A stretch of DNA of 49,621 nt, counting the filler, from Cladosporium halotolerans (lineage: Eukaryota), in NCBI RefSeq assembly GCF_011745625.1. It is 2 parts of 2 records of this genome, joined end to end, with 100 filler letters (N's around TTAATTAATTAA, not from the genome) between each part and the next. Parts side by side here need not be neighbours in the genome. Positions count along the whole stretch, not along the records: positions 1 to 24,814 come from NW_027191539.1; 1 more part is not named here. One strand, given 5' to 3'. Made by a program: the position numbers and the translations under genes. Below, one piece after another: positions 11,674-23,124 of the stretch. How positions within the stretch are numbered: the stretch's first letter is position 1; every line of letters begins with the position of its first letter. The notes under the pieces were generated by a model. It saw only the letters and a list, made by a program, of their open reading frames with translations, had not been told where the DNA came from and did not search any database.

Positions 11674-14338
11674 CAGGGTGTGCAATGAACAAACGAACAC
11701 CGAACAGGCGTAGTTCTCGTTCGTTCGGCTTCTTGGACAGGTTTTGTTCATTTGTTCAGGGTACACTCGAATGTTCGTCGTTCGTTCGGTGCACGGTCCC
11801 CCCGGGTGCTCAGGAGTGTGAGAAGCTTACGTCCATCACAGTAGTCCTTCCGAGTACCAGCTGCGTAAACCCTGGTAAGCCTTTGCCAACTCCTCCATCG
11901 TGTTTGGTCGCTCATCGTTGACAACGTCCCCAGCCATCGAAAAGATTCGCTCGTCGGCGGAAGAGCTTGCTGGCGCTGCGAGGATCTCAAAAGCGAGATG
12001 CCTCAGGACAGGAAACCTGTGATGATGTTCGCGCCACCAGGTAAGCGGACGAGTGCCTTGTGGGGCGCGCTCCTCACGCAAGTAGCGAGCCAGCTCATCG
12101 TTGTCTGTGTCGTCGTCGATGTCATGATTGTAAGCATCGAAGGCATCCATCTCTTGTTGCTTTGGCGACAAAACGATCACTTCATTCGGCCACCGCCGCT
12201 TTGCATCTTGCCACGCTCTGTTCATGACCTCGTCCGCACCTTCGAGCCAGGATGTCTTCCCTGCCTAATGGCGTTCGAACCAACGTCGTTTGAAGCACGG
12301 ATGTAGGAATATGGCAAGACGGTATGCTGGTGTGGCATCGCTCAACGCGTAATACTTGTCCAGCTTCTTCCAACCAAGATTGACACATGCTCTGAAGTGA
12401 TTCCTAGGCAGTGTTTTATTGAGGCCTTCGACGGTAGAGAGCAGCCAGTCCAGAATAGATAGGCTTTGCCATAGTGCGCCATTCTGTCCGTCTTTGGCTA
12501 CGGCCAGGACCTTCAAGGAGGCTTCCTTTAAGGGTCGCAGCAGCTTGAGCAAGTCTGTCAGCTCCTGCCAATCAACTGCTGATAGACAATCGCGGTTGTC
12601 AAGTCGGTCAGTGCCGCTGCTCCTGAAGTGCTCTTGGTATAATTGCAACGCGTCCTTCACCTGGAATGCACGCTCGACCATCTCACAAGCGGAGTTCCAA
12701 CGCACTCCTTCGTTGACGATCACCCGATACAACCGTGTATCTGTCTCAACCTGCTTGGCCTCGAAGAAGCGTCGCCCTGCTGAGCCACTCTTGATGTGCA
12801 CGATCAGATTGTGGAGCTTGCCGATTGGGCCTTTCCTTCGCCAGGCATCGAGTCGCGATGCCTCGTCCTTGGAGCGCAGTGCTGCTTCGAACTTGGACAC
12901 CGTAGAAGTGTCATAGAGCTCACTGTCGCCCCCGTGGTCCGCCTCCGAGAGAGCGGCATCGAGCATGCATTCGTTGTCGACACCATATAGTGTAGCCTTG
13001 ACGACCAGGTTGATCACATGCCCGCTACAACGTAACCTCTGTTTGGCTGGCTTGACATCGATGTGATGGGACAGAAGGCGCAGAGCGGCATCGTTGTTAG
13101 CAGCATTGTCTGCGACAAAGTATCCGATCTTATCACTAATCTTGTACTATCGAAGTATACAGAGCAATGTGTCCTGGAGTTCTTGCGCATCGTGACCGTA
13201 CGTTGGCTTCAGCGCGAGCAAAACGGTCTTGAGTTCAACATTGCTGTCTAAATAGTGTGCGACAACGCCTAACAGGTCGAGCTCGTTATCCGCTAGCCAG
13301 TGATCGAAACTGACAGTTATTGTGCTTCTTGCCATCTGCAGAGGCTGGATGACCGTGGGCTTCGCGACGGTAAAAGCATCGACGATCCAGTTTCGTGGCA
13401 TAGGGTGACTCTGCGGTACCAGAGGCTCCACTATAAGATTTCTGAACGATATCAAGTCCTTGAGTTTGTCTCCCGAAGCCTGGCGTAGCGACCGATTGCT
13501 AGACACAAGCCATTCCACGTATGTCCTTTTCCAGCCTTCGCGATTGAAAGCCTCCTCTTGCGAACGTCTCTGGCGTTTAATCATCATGACTGCCACATTC
13601 CCATCTGGATCTGCGCCATCACGCGAGCGCTTCATCGCGTGCTTGCCGCCCGACTTGTCGAATCCATGGCATCGTACGAGGTGACAAATTGGCTGGTTCG
13701 TAGGTTCGCATGGCAAGCACACGACCAAGCTTTGCGATGGCTGCTCGTAGCAGATGCGGCAGGGTCATTTGTTCAAGTCGTCCTTCAGATCGGTCACGGC
13801 CTCTCCATGCCTCCAGATCCAACTACTCTTTGGCTGTTTGTTCGGTGGTGTCGGCACGAGATTGGTGGCGCGCGGCCCAGCGGCGCGTAGGATCGTTGGT
13901 TAACACCGGGCTATGGTGCTCTCATCTTGCTCAATTCTGTGCGATCGCATGGCTGCTGGTCTGTTGTACTCTGAGAATTGGATTGAGCGCTCATGCTGTA
14001 TTTTGTGGGACGTGGAGTAGTCTAACGCGCGGGCAGTCGCGAGACGGTCGCGTTCCCCGCATACTCCTTTGGGGGTAATTCCACAGACTGCTGCGCACTA
14101 TCAATTTGGCAGCGGAGGCGCCGGCTTCGCCACTGCTGCTTTGCGCGGGACGCCTGTCAAGGTAATCGAGGGTTAGGGTTGGGTTTGTCTTGTCATCACA
14201 CTGAAGACGCTGAACATACTGAACGAACAGGTATATTTGTTCATTCGATCAATTATGTAATCAGCCATCTGTTCGTTTGTTCAACGGGGTCCGAACGAAC
14301 CGAACGAACTGTTCAATGCTCGTTCACTGCCCACCCTG
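11674..14338 (-). mobile_element. hAT-superfamily DNA transposon nested in the LINE endonuclease
   Basis: 17-bp imperfect TIRs (CAGGGTGTGCAATGAAC / CAGGGTGGGCAGTGAAC), 8-bp TSD TTGCGGCT (11666-11673) / TTGCGGCA (14339-14346), dense subterminal GAAC/GTTC repeats. Removal restores LINE ...LILPQGTVTW... Confidence 0.93.
11836..13994 (-). pseudogene. hAT transposase (BED-like zinc finger, DDE core, C-terminal dimerisation domain), inactivated
   Basis: SWIWRHG..CRIC, SFDHW, ADNAANND, RCSGHVINLVVKA, VRWNS, WW..FPVL...PASSSADERIFS. In-frame stops near 13765, 13147 and 12265; start approximate. Confidence 0.88.
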
Positions 14339-14873
14339 TTGCGGCAAGATCAGCTGTAGGTTGCTCTGCGCTGTGGTTTCAATCAGGGTGCCTGCTAGTG
14401 TGTGTTGTGTAGGTAGCATAGTTCCGCCCCATAGCGGATGATGTAGGTTGAAATCTTCGACCAGAAGGTGTTCACCTGGGCAGTCGAGCGCTAGTGGGAG
14501 CAGCTGCAGGGTGGAAAGGTTACGGCTGGTCAGAAGCTTTAGGGGATGGTTGTAGCAATTATGGATGTGTAGTGTCCTGACGCCTAGGTGAATTGTGAGG
14601 GTCACAAGGTCCGGCGAGTGCTCCGTAGTCTCCCACTTGTTGTGGTCGATCGCTTTGCTAACATAGAAGCATACTCGTGTCTCTTTGCTCAATGGGTAGA
14701 TCAAGTGGTAGTTTGGAGGTCGACCTGTTGTCTGCATCTGTGGGTTGCGCCACGGTTCCTGTACAGCTAGGATGTGGTGCCTCTCGGGATTCACCGACTT
14801 GAGTATGGACGTCATCACGCGGGTTCTGCTTTTGTTTACGTTGTACTGTATGATGTTGAGCGTTTGTATCGTA

Positions 14874-16495
14874 TCAAGCATCGTCGCCCATGTCTGTGTC
14901 TGCTGGCTTTTCTACGTGGGTATCTGGTCTTGCACTTGGTGATGCGCTGCTAAACGTTCTAGCCGGGGGTTGGAAAACGTTCGGAAACGACAACGTCCGT
15001 TGGGATGGAGCGTTAGGAGTCTGGACTGCCGGAGGCCGGCCTGGCCCAGCTCGTTTCCGGTCAGTTGCAGCCGGCGAGAGCTTCCGTTTCTTTGACTCAA
15101 CCAGAGCCCAGCGTGGAGTCTGGACTGCCGGAGGCCGGCCTGGCCCAGCTCGTTTCCGGTCAGTTGCAGCCGGCGAGAGCTTCCGTTTCTTTGACTCAAC
15201 CAGAGCCCAGCCGCGCTCTTCTTCGATGCTGACGGTCGCACATGATCGTTGCGGAAAGCGAGTCGGCGCCGTGCATCTGGCTTGCATGCTTTTGACCTTG
15301 GCCGCTCGACGGATACTGCATTCGTGATTCCAGGCTGCGTGTCTCTTTCCACAATTAGCGCATTTGAGCTGCGTTTGGGTGGTACACTCCTGTGTGTGAT
15401 GCTTTCCAGCACAGTATCCACAGGCTTCTACCTTACGACAGACCGGTGCGACATGGCCGTAGGCCTGACACTTGAAGCATTGCGTGAGTCTCGACTCCGG
15501 ACTGTAGTACTCCGCTAGGTGAAGAGCGAAGTTGCCGACGAGGCCGCGTTGGATGATCCCGTTCGCCATTTGTTCCATCGCGACGCCCACTATGAGAGAA
15601 GCGTGGGTTTTACCCGAGGCGTGGCCGCGGTTGAGCCAGAAACTCGCGTGATTTTGAGACCATTGTGGAGAGCTTGGTGTTCCTCCTGTAGCTTCGCGAC
15701 ATCTTCTACCCGTCTCGGGTCGATGTAGCCCACTCGAATGCTATGGACTAGGACTTTGTATGTGTCTTCCGCTATGCTGCATGATTGCCCAAAGCGAGCG
15801 GTCCACGACATGTCCTGTAGTAGGGTAACCTTGGTCCGCTCACCAGTCAGGAACAGGCGGAGGTCTCCACTCGGAAGTTTCCTGACCGCTACCACCTCTT
15901 TCCCATCAGGTCGTTCCTGCTGTATTCTTTGTTTGATCTCTTCATTCGGCAAACTTTGTGCGTTCTTTCTTTCTTCAGGGTCAGAGATGCGGATGGTGAG
16001 TTCGGGGCCCTGAGGCGGGGGGTTACGGGATCTCCGCGGTGTCGGCGCGAGCGCGGTCACAATTTGAGCCCATGTTGGGCTTGGGGACGAAGGCGGCGAG
16101 GCTGGCGGCGTCGCTAGGCCTTTGACGGCTTCGTGAACTGCCTGGACCTCTCGGAGGATGGCGTTTGTGGTTGGGTGTGCTGATAATGGTTCCTCCTGTA
16201 GGGCGGTGAGCGTATCCTTGACTTCGCAGAAGAAGGCGCGAAGAAGGGATGTCTGGATGTATGATGACGAGCCGCTCGGCGCGTCTAAGGTTTCCAGGAA
16301 TGCTGCTGCGGTGTCGATGAGCTGTTGGGTGTTTGGGGCTACGTTTACAATGTCGTGGGATCTAGGGGTGCGCGGCGGACGCGTCGCGGCGGGGGGCTGG
16401 CGACCCTCCTCCGCTGCCTTTCCGCCGGCGCCGCCAGCGACATGGACATCATCACGGTGTTCACGGGATAGCATCGATGAGGATGGTCCCCTCAT
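14874..16495 (-). pseudogene. LINE ORF1 (gag-like, three Cys/His zinc knuckles), frameshifted
   Basis: QCFKCQAYGHVAPVC, CGYCAGKHHTQEC, CANCGKRHAAWNHEC; TWAQIV and LPSGDL motifs; 1-bp frameshift near 15640. Confidence 0.88.
15016..15211. repeat. Perfect in-frame tandem duplication (97-bp copies, period 99)
   Basis: 15016-15112 equals 15115-15211; duplicates WALVESKKRKLSPAATDRKRAGPGRPPAVQTP in ORF1. Confidence 0.95.
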
Positions 16496-16529
16496 CGATG
16501 CCGGAGGGATGTTTCGATGTTGTTGTGAC

Positions 16530-16563
16530 TTTTTTTTTTTTTGCTTGATTGATTGATTGATTC

Positions 16564-16602
<39 letters not shown>

Positions 16603-17600
16603 CATCAAGATTTTCATTCAGGCTATGCACGGAGACCGTATGAGCCGTCCCTGATCGCTGCCTAACACCACAATGAACGACGCCTTGCACTCATGACCCA
16701 ACAGATTAGCCAACACCTCACCCGACCCTTATGTCCGAAGAACGAGACAGTCTGCCAGTCTGATAAAGAAAACGGATGGAAGCTTTGACGACCTTCAGAT
16801 CCGGCTTCCAGCTTTCGCGTGGGCCGTCCACGAACTTGCCCGTCCTGAACTTCCGACCGCTCCATCCTCCCAGCAAGTACGAAGCGTCACCCCACCTGTC
16901 GCCTGCTGCTTCCCGCAAAGCCTTGCGAGCTTCAGCATACTTGTCGCAGCGCAGCAGCACGTGCAGTACTGTCTCATCGCCACGTCCGCACTCGCACGCC
17001 GGATTGTCTGCGAGCTTCTTCCTGAAGAGACAGGCCTTCAGCCCGCAGTGCTCCGTCCGAGCCTGCACCAAGATGGAAGCCTCGTCGGAAGACAGCGCTC
17101 CGTAGAGACGGACTGTGTGCTTACCCGACCATGCTCTGTCCATCTTCCACGTGTAGTAATTCACGCAGACGTCGTCTTCGCTCGGATGCAGACCCTTGGC
17201 CCGCTCTGCCTTGACCAAGCGCAGCACGCCCGACAGCTCGCGCACCCTCTCGGCCGGGGCGGCTGTGAGTTTGCTGCCGTTGTCGATGGTTGATGCTGCT
17301 GCACGCTTTGCTTCTGCAACGCCGCGGATGCCTTTGTCACCAGGAGCGAGGAAGACCGTGACTCGATGACCGACGCTCTCCATCTCGAGGACGGCATCGG
17401 CGATCTTGTGCGCCACCTCTCTTTCGCACCCCACCTTCTGGCCTTTTTCGATGGCCGACAGTGCCTCTTTGCTTGTTGTCGCTACGTAGACATGCGCCGT
17501 CTTGCGCAGTGTGTCCCTTGCATGCTCGATCGCTCTCAGAATTTCAATAGGGTCGAGCATGTCTCCCATCACAGAGACCCCTATTTCGGGCCCGCCTGTC
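16530..17600 (-). mobile_element. 5'-truncated LINE of another family (RNase H-like + zinc finger C-terminus) with a compound tail
   Basis: ORF 16718-17572 with ASILVQARTEH and CECGRGDETVLHVLLRC. Tail on the minus strand is (ATC)13, (AATC)4, A13. The 5' boundary is uncertain and may extend towards ~17950. Confidence 0.85.
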
Positions 17601-19241
17601 TTCCAAGACGCCTAACCTTATCCTGAGATTTGCTCCTTAAGCACACAGCAAAGGCTCCGCCGGTGGCGATACCACCTTGTATGAGGAACAAGGCTCCGAG
17701 TACGAGTGGGCCAGCGGCTTCCTTCTCTTTGTGTACCGACATGCGCATCCGTCCTTTCGAGCCACGCAGACGGTGTCAGCCGTCGCCGCCATTGCGTGCT
17801 ACGCCCCGCGGCCGAAGCCGTTTCGCGTTACCTCGGGAGGTCTCCCTCGTCGAGGCCGACCATGTCTCGCCGTGTGGGATCGAAGCAGCGCCCTAGCCAG
17901 CAGCGAAGCCTCTTTGCCCACCCGACTAACCAACCCCATTCTCGCGTTTTAACAAGTCCGCCGCGGAGGGGCCCTGTCCCTCGAATGGGCACGACGCTCG
18001 TGTCTTAACAGATCCGCATGGCGGTGGTCTGTCTCCAAAGAAGGAGCACAAAGGCCGTGTCTTAACAGGTTCTCCGCACCAGTGGCCTGTCCCCTCGCTT
18101 TCACGTGCGGCTTCTACACCGCAGCGGGGCGGTTTGCAAGTCGGCTACCCTCGCCAGCGTACTGGTCTCAGAGCGCTCGTAGGTCAGGGGTGTTCTGTCT
18201 CTTGCCTAGCTCGATTGCACATCCACCGGCCTTGTCGTCTTAACAGTGTCCCTGTCCCCGTCCGTCTCTTTCAAGCAGCTGTGCGACCGGCTGCTAGGGG
18301 CAACAAGTGATGCGCCAGCTTCGGGCCCAGGTCGACGTTCTGGGTAGGCAAGAGTCGGATGGTTTTCTTACGCCAGTATCCCCTGGTTTGTGAGGTGTTT
18401 CTTGACTTTGTTGATGCTGTTCGTTCTGTTGCTCCTAGTCAGCTAGTGCCCTGGAGATGATAGCTCTTACCTCTGCCGGAGTGCGCCATCTAGCAAGAGA
18501 TGCGAATCCATCGACAGGCGACACCTCCCGAGCTTTCCCGTGGGCCGTGGCAGCGACACGTGATCCTCGCTACGGATGCCTCGGCTCAATGCAAGTTGAG
18601 TCAAAGGGTTGGTCCAAAAACCTTAGTCTGTTTCCGAGTAGGGCCTCGCCTGTACATTAGAGATCTCAATGTTAATCTGCTGCATTTCATGTGTTGAATA
18701 CTCTATAAATCGCTTCAAGGAATCGATGTCATAGCCATGTCAATCTGAGTGCTAATCTAGTTCTTAGCATCCGATCAATGAACACAGCTGATCTGTCCTC
18801 CGCATACGGTGAAGGGAATCTAGCACTGGAGAAGAGCGACATTTAAGTCGAAATTTTGGCAACCATGTGTGAGTATAGTCCGTAGCAATGCAGTGTCACG
18901 AGGTCTTAGCCCTCTGGCTCGTGATCGACAAGCGTAACGTTATCAATAGGGTCTGGAACAGCAGTGGCGTTCTTCGATCTCCGTGTCCCGCTAGCAGACA
19001 TCGGGATCGAACAATGTCGCGCGTCCCCTTTCGAGATCTTTTTTAAATCATACTGCATTCAAGCTAAATAGCTTATGGCACGTCGGCTATCTTCGCGACA
19101 ATCTCTGTGGCTTCTAGGTATGCTCCCGCCTTGATTATTACTCATACAATTCAGCTCGCCGTCCCGACTTCACCAAGCCGCCACCGCTTTGGGGTTTTAT
19201 GCCCTCCTACTTTCTTGTCATTGTCGCACCCCATCTTCCCC

Positions 19242-22200
19242 TCACTCTTCTCCGTCTCTCAGTGTCACTTCCCCCTCATCCAATATTTGATCCAGTCGTT
19301 CAATGTCCCAGTGGTCATCCCTGTTCTCTTCTATGGTCATTGGCCTGCCCACTTCTGTGTTTCCGATGAACCGGAGGACTTCTTTAGCGGCTTCGTCTCT
19401 AAACAGGCTCTCCAGGTCTGCTCGGTCTCGCCTCGCGCTGATACAGATCTTGTCCGCACGCAGCCGCCGCAGCATAGAGTCTCGCTGCCTTCGCCACTTC
19501 CGACAATGCAGCAAGAGGTGGCCAACTGTTTGATCGCTCCCGCCACACCACCAGCATTGCGCATCTACTACTTTGCCGATTCTGAACAGGTGGGCTCCTG
19601 TGATCGCATGGCCAGACTTGAGCTGCAGGTATCGAGCTGCAACCGACTTCTTCGCGTTTGCGATGTCTTCGTCGATCTTGGCTTTTGGTCTCCACCTTGT
19701 CTCGATGGCTTGCTTCACGTACGACAGTGAGGCTGATCGCACTTCTTTGGGCTGCTGTTTTGCTGCTCGCCGCGCCGAAGCGTTTGCTATTTCGTACCCT
19801 TTCACATCTTCGTCGTTTGAGAGCCATGTCAGAATCACTCGACCACCTGCGTCTTCGACCATCTGTGCTTGTTTCCTGATGCTAGTGACAAGTGGTAGGG
19901 CCCACTGTCCTCTGCCTGAAATAGCGACCAGCGCAGCTCGCGACTCTGTCACAATCTCGGCGAGGTTGTGGTCCGTTTTCCGGAGTGTCGGAAGGAGATT
20001 TCTCGTGACGATACCAATTGCAAACAATGCAGCATCGTCTGTTGTGGTGTGCTTGCCCGATGATGACACTCTCGTCTTCCACTCATATTGCTCTCTCCAT
20101 GCCACTCCCACACCAAAGCTCACGTCCTGATTCGTGCTTACAAACAGTGTTAGCTGACTCGAGTGGTCGGCTTGCATCCTTTGAGGCATGCTTGAGTAAC
20201 CTTGGGTTCGAACCACCGGGATTGCCGTGAGTGGGTCTGCTCTGCGGAGCACCTGGAATCCGTACTCGGTGTCGTAGCTGACGTGTCTCACTATTTGCTG
20301 TGCAAGTCTACTTCCGAACGATCGGTGAGTCTTTTCTGGTCTCGTCCAACCGATACTTGACGGCTGTCCTGTCGCTCCCTCGTGACGGTGGAGCTCACCA
20401 AGGCGGAAGTTGGCTGGCAGGAGCTGGTGCGTGGGGTGGTCCCCGTCCGCACTGAGCGCCCGCACCGCAAACTTGGTCTGACGGCGGTCGAGGAGGTCTT
20501 GGGCATTGGGCAAGCACGACGCTTTCTGTAGGAATGCTCGAGGAGTCGATCTCAGCAGCCCTGTGATGGCTCTTGCTTGACTATTCAGCAGTAGCTGCAC
20601 TTTACGCAATCGGTCTTTTTTGGCCCCTCCACCAGATCTCCGATCCGTACATGGCCACGGAGGTCACTGCGGCCACAACCACCCTCCGCATCAGGTTTAC
20701 GGACAAGCCGCCATTACTCCTGCTGAGACTGGAGACCCGCTGTAAAGCCCCCTTGGCACTAGCCAGCCTATTCTCGAAGTGTGTCTTGAACGACAGTCTT
20801 GGATCAAGCCAGAATCCGAGCCATCTGGTCGCCTCCTGCTTGATGGTAAAAGTCTGCTGTCCGATGCGGACGGCTACGGACTTTGCCGCTTGTGAGATCT
20901 TGCGACTTCTGCTGAAGATGAGCACTTCGGTCTTGCTGACTTCAAATTCGACTTTGTTGTGCGATCCCCATTGTATTGCATCTTTGGCGATCGCGTCGAG
21001 CTGCCTTGTGCCGTCGTCCAGCTCGTGACATTCTGCCACCAGCCCAACGTCGTCTACGAATGATATGGCTTGGAGCCTCGGGTGTTTCTCCTCCAGCCAC
21101 TGGAACATTTCGCTAATGGACAGGATGAACAGTATTGGCGATATTGGCGAACCTTGCGGCAGGCCTGCTTGGATGCTGCGGGTTTCGCCCATCCTTTCGT
21201 CAATCACCAACACGGCCCTTCGGTCTGACAAGAACGAGTCCACCCAACGCACGATGTTTCCCGCAATACCGACTTGTATCATCCGCGATATTAATTTCTG
21301 TTTGTTGACTCTGTCAAAAGCGCCTTTGACGTCCAGGAGCAGCGCGAGTGCAACTCGCTTCTGGCTCCACGCATTCTCGACTTTCGCAACGAGCTGGGCC
21401 ACCGCATCTGACGTTCCCCTGCTCCGTCTGCAGCCGAACTGCCCTCGATGGAAGATGTCGTTTGTTTCGCAGTACGATGCGATCCAATTTGCAACCGCCC
21501 TCTCTACCACTTTTCCAAGACAGTTGAGCAGACTGATGACCCGATACGCTTTCGCGACGCTGTACGTGGGTTTGCCCTGCTTGCGCAGGAGGATACCCTT
21601 CGCGGTCTTCCACGTGCAGGGATGGTACCCAGTCCGGATGCACCCTTGCACAAGAGCTACCACACGGTCTTCTGCCCACCGCCACAGCAGTCTCAGCGCT
21701 TTAAACCCGATTCCGTCTATGCCCGGGGCTTTGTTGACGGCCTGTGTGAACAGAGCTCCGCAGACCTGTTCTGCACTCACGCCAGCACTCGTATCTGGGA
21801 CCTGGATGTCCTCGTCTTCTACGGCTTGGGGCGGGAATGCCTGCGCCATGAATATCTCTTCCTTCTCCTCCGCTGTCGCTGCGATCTTTTCCGGCTGGCC
21901 GTCGATGCCCGCCATCTTGATCGCTGGTGTGTATGACGGTGTCTGCGGCTTGGTATACTTGAGCGCTTGCCAGCATCTTGCAGGGTCAGCTGCCATTTCC
22001 GAGCTTTCGTCGGCTGAGAGGACACCCTCAAGGAAGCGCTCCCAGGCCAGTCTCTTGGCTTTCCGAACGTAGGTGTAGTAGCCGTTCCTCACCCTGCGGT
22101 ACTCGTCAAAGCTGATACGGCCGTCATTGTGAGCACGTCTAGCGCTTGCGAATAGCTTTCTCTGCTGCTTGACCTCGTCAGTCCACCAACGCTTTGATCG

Positions 22201-23124
22201 CGCCCTCGGCGCTTTGCCAGCGGCATGCCTGTCAAGGACGGCTCGCAGGCTGTCTTGTAACCATTGCGCTTCCGCTTCGAGCTCAGCCGGTGACGTGGCC
22301 CACGCATCGATCAGCTCTCTTCCTTTGCTAAGCTCCAGCCACTTTTTGCTTGCGGCTTCAAGTGCTTGCTCGTCTGCACACAGCCGATCGACATCCCAAT
22401 TCCGCACGACTTCCATCTTCCCTCCAAAATAGGCCACATTGAGAGGCGTCCACTCAAACGCGATCATCTCGTGGTCAGATGTCGTGGCTAATGACTCGTC
22501 TATCTCCCAGGTGACCAGTGCTCCGACCCCGCAAGTACTCAGGGTCGGGTCGATTACCGACTGGCAGTTCTTCCCACATCTCGTGGGCTGGTGGTCGTCG
22601 TTGTTGATGATGAGCCCGTGTCTCTCGATTAATCGCTCCACAGTCCCGGCGTGCTGCCTTCCCGACACCCACGAGTCCCATGCGGGACTACGGGCGTTGA
22701 AGTCACCAGCGAGGATGGTCCTGCCTTCGATCAGTCGCGACATGTCCATGTGGTCAATCGTGTGTCCGCCACCCTGGACCCTGGCTCTATTGTAGATATT
22801 GATAAGCCTAGTCTTTCGAATCTTCTTGCGGTTCTTTGTCTCCCAGACGTCCAAGCACTGCACGTGGGGGCTATCCACCAGGTCCGTCCTTTCCTCGAAC
22901 ACGTATCGGTTCAGCGCCTCATTTCGAATTGCTAGTGCTACTCTCGTGTCTTTCTTTGCACGTTCTGGCCACCGGATTTGAAAGCCCGGATGGCCGATCT
23001 CGTGTTTCCTTCCCACGTACGGCTCTTGCAGGCACGCCACTTCCGCTCCTCTTTCAATGGCCGCCTCCAGTGCGGCTATCGTTGACACAACCGTGCCGTT
23101 GCAGTTATGTTGTATCACTATCAT
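19242..23124 (-). pseudogene. LINE ORF2 polyprotein with a single +1 frameshift
   Basis: IQHNCN, CLQEPY, AGDFNA, SDHEMI; YRVISLLNCLGK, GLPQGSPISP, FVDD; CWWC..H..C. Six T at 20616-20621 where five would give WWRGQKDRLRKVQ. Confidence 0.9.

Larger units (their letters stand above)
8951..14881 (-). pseudogene. LINE ORF2: AP endonuclease + reverse transcriptase + C-terminal Cys motif, disrupted
   Basis: IIQYNVNKS, AVQEPW, DFNLHHPLWG, SDHIPI; YRPIALLNTLGK, GIPQGSTLSP, FVDD; CGCG...C. Split by the hAT at 11674-14338, a stop at 9915 and several frameshifts. Confidence 0.9.
8698..16529 (-). mobile_element. Near full-length Tad1-like LINE (ORF1 + APE-RT ORF2, no RNase H seen), interrupted by a hAT element
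   Basis: (ATCAA)n tail at ~8698-8715, C-terminal zinc finger, RT, endonuclease and gag-like ORF1 in canonical order; ORF1 stop and ORF2 start overlap (ATGCTTGA, 14874-14881). Confidence 0.92.

Noticed and set aside
15590..16690. 366-aa ORF with a poly-His/poly-Lys N-terminus
   Set aside because: The His and Lys runs are translations of the neighbouring LINE's (ATC)n and A tail; ORF1 probably starts at or near 16495.
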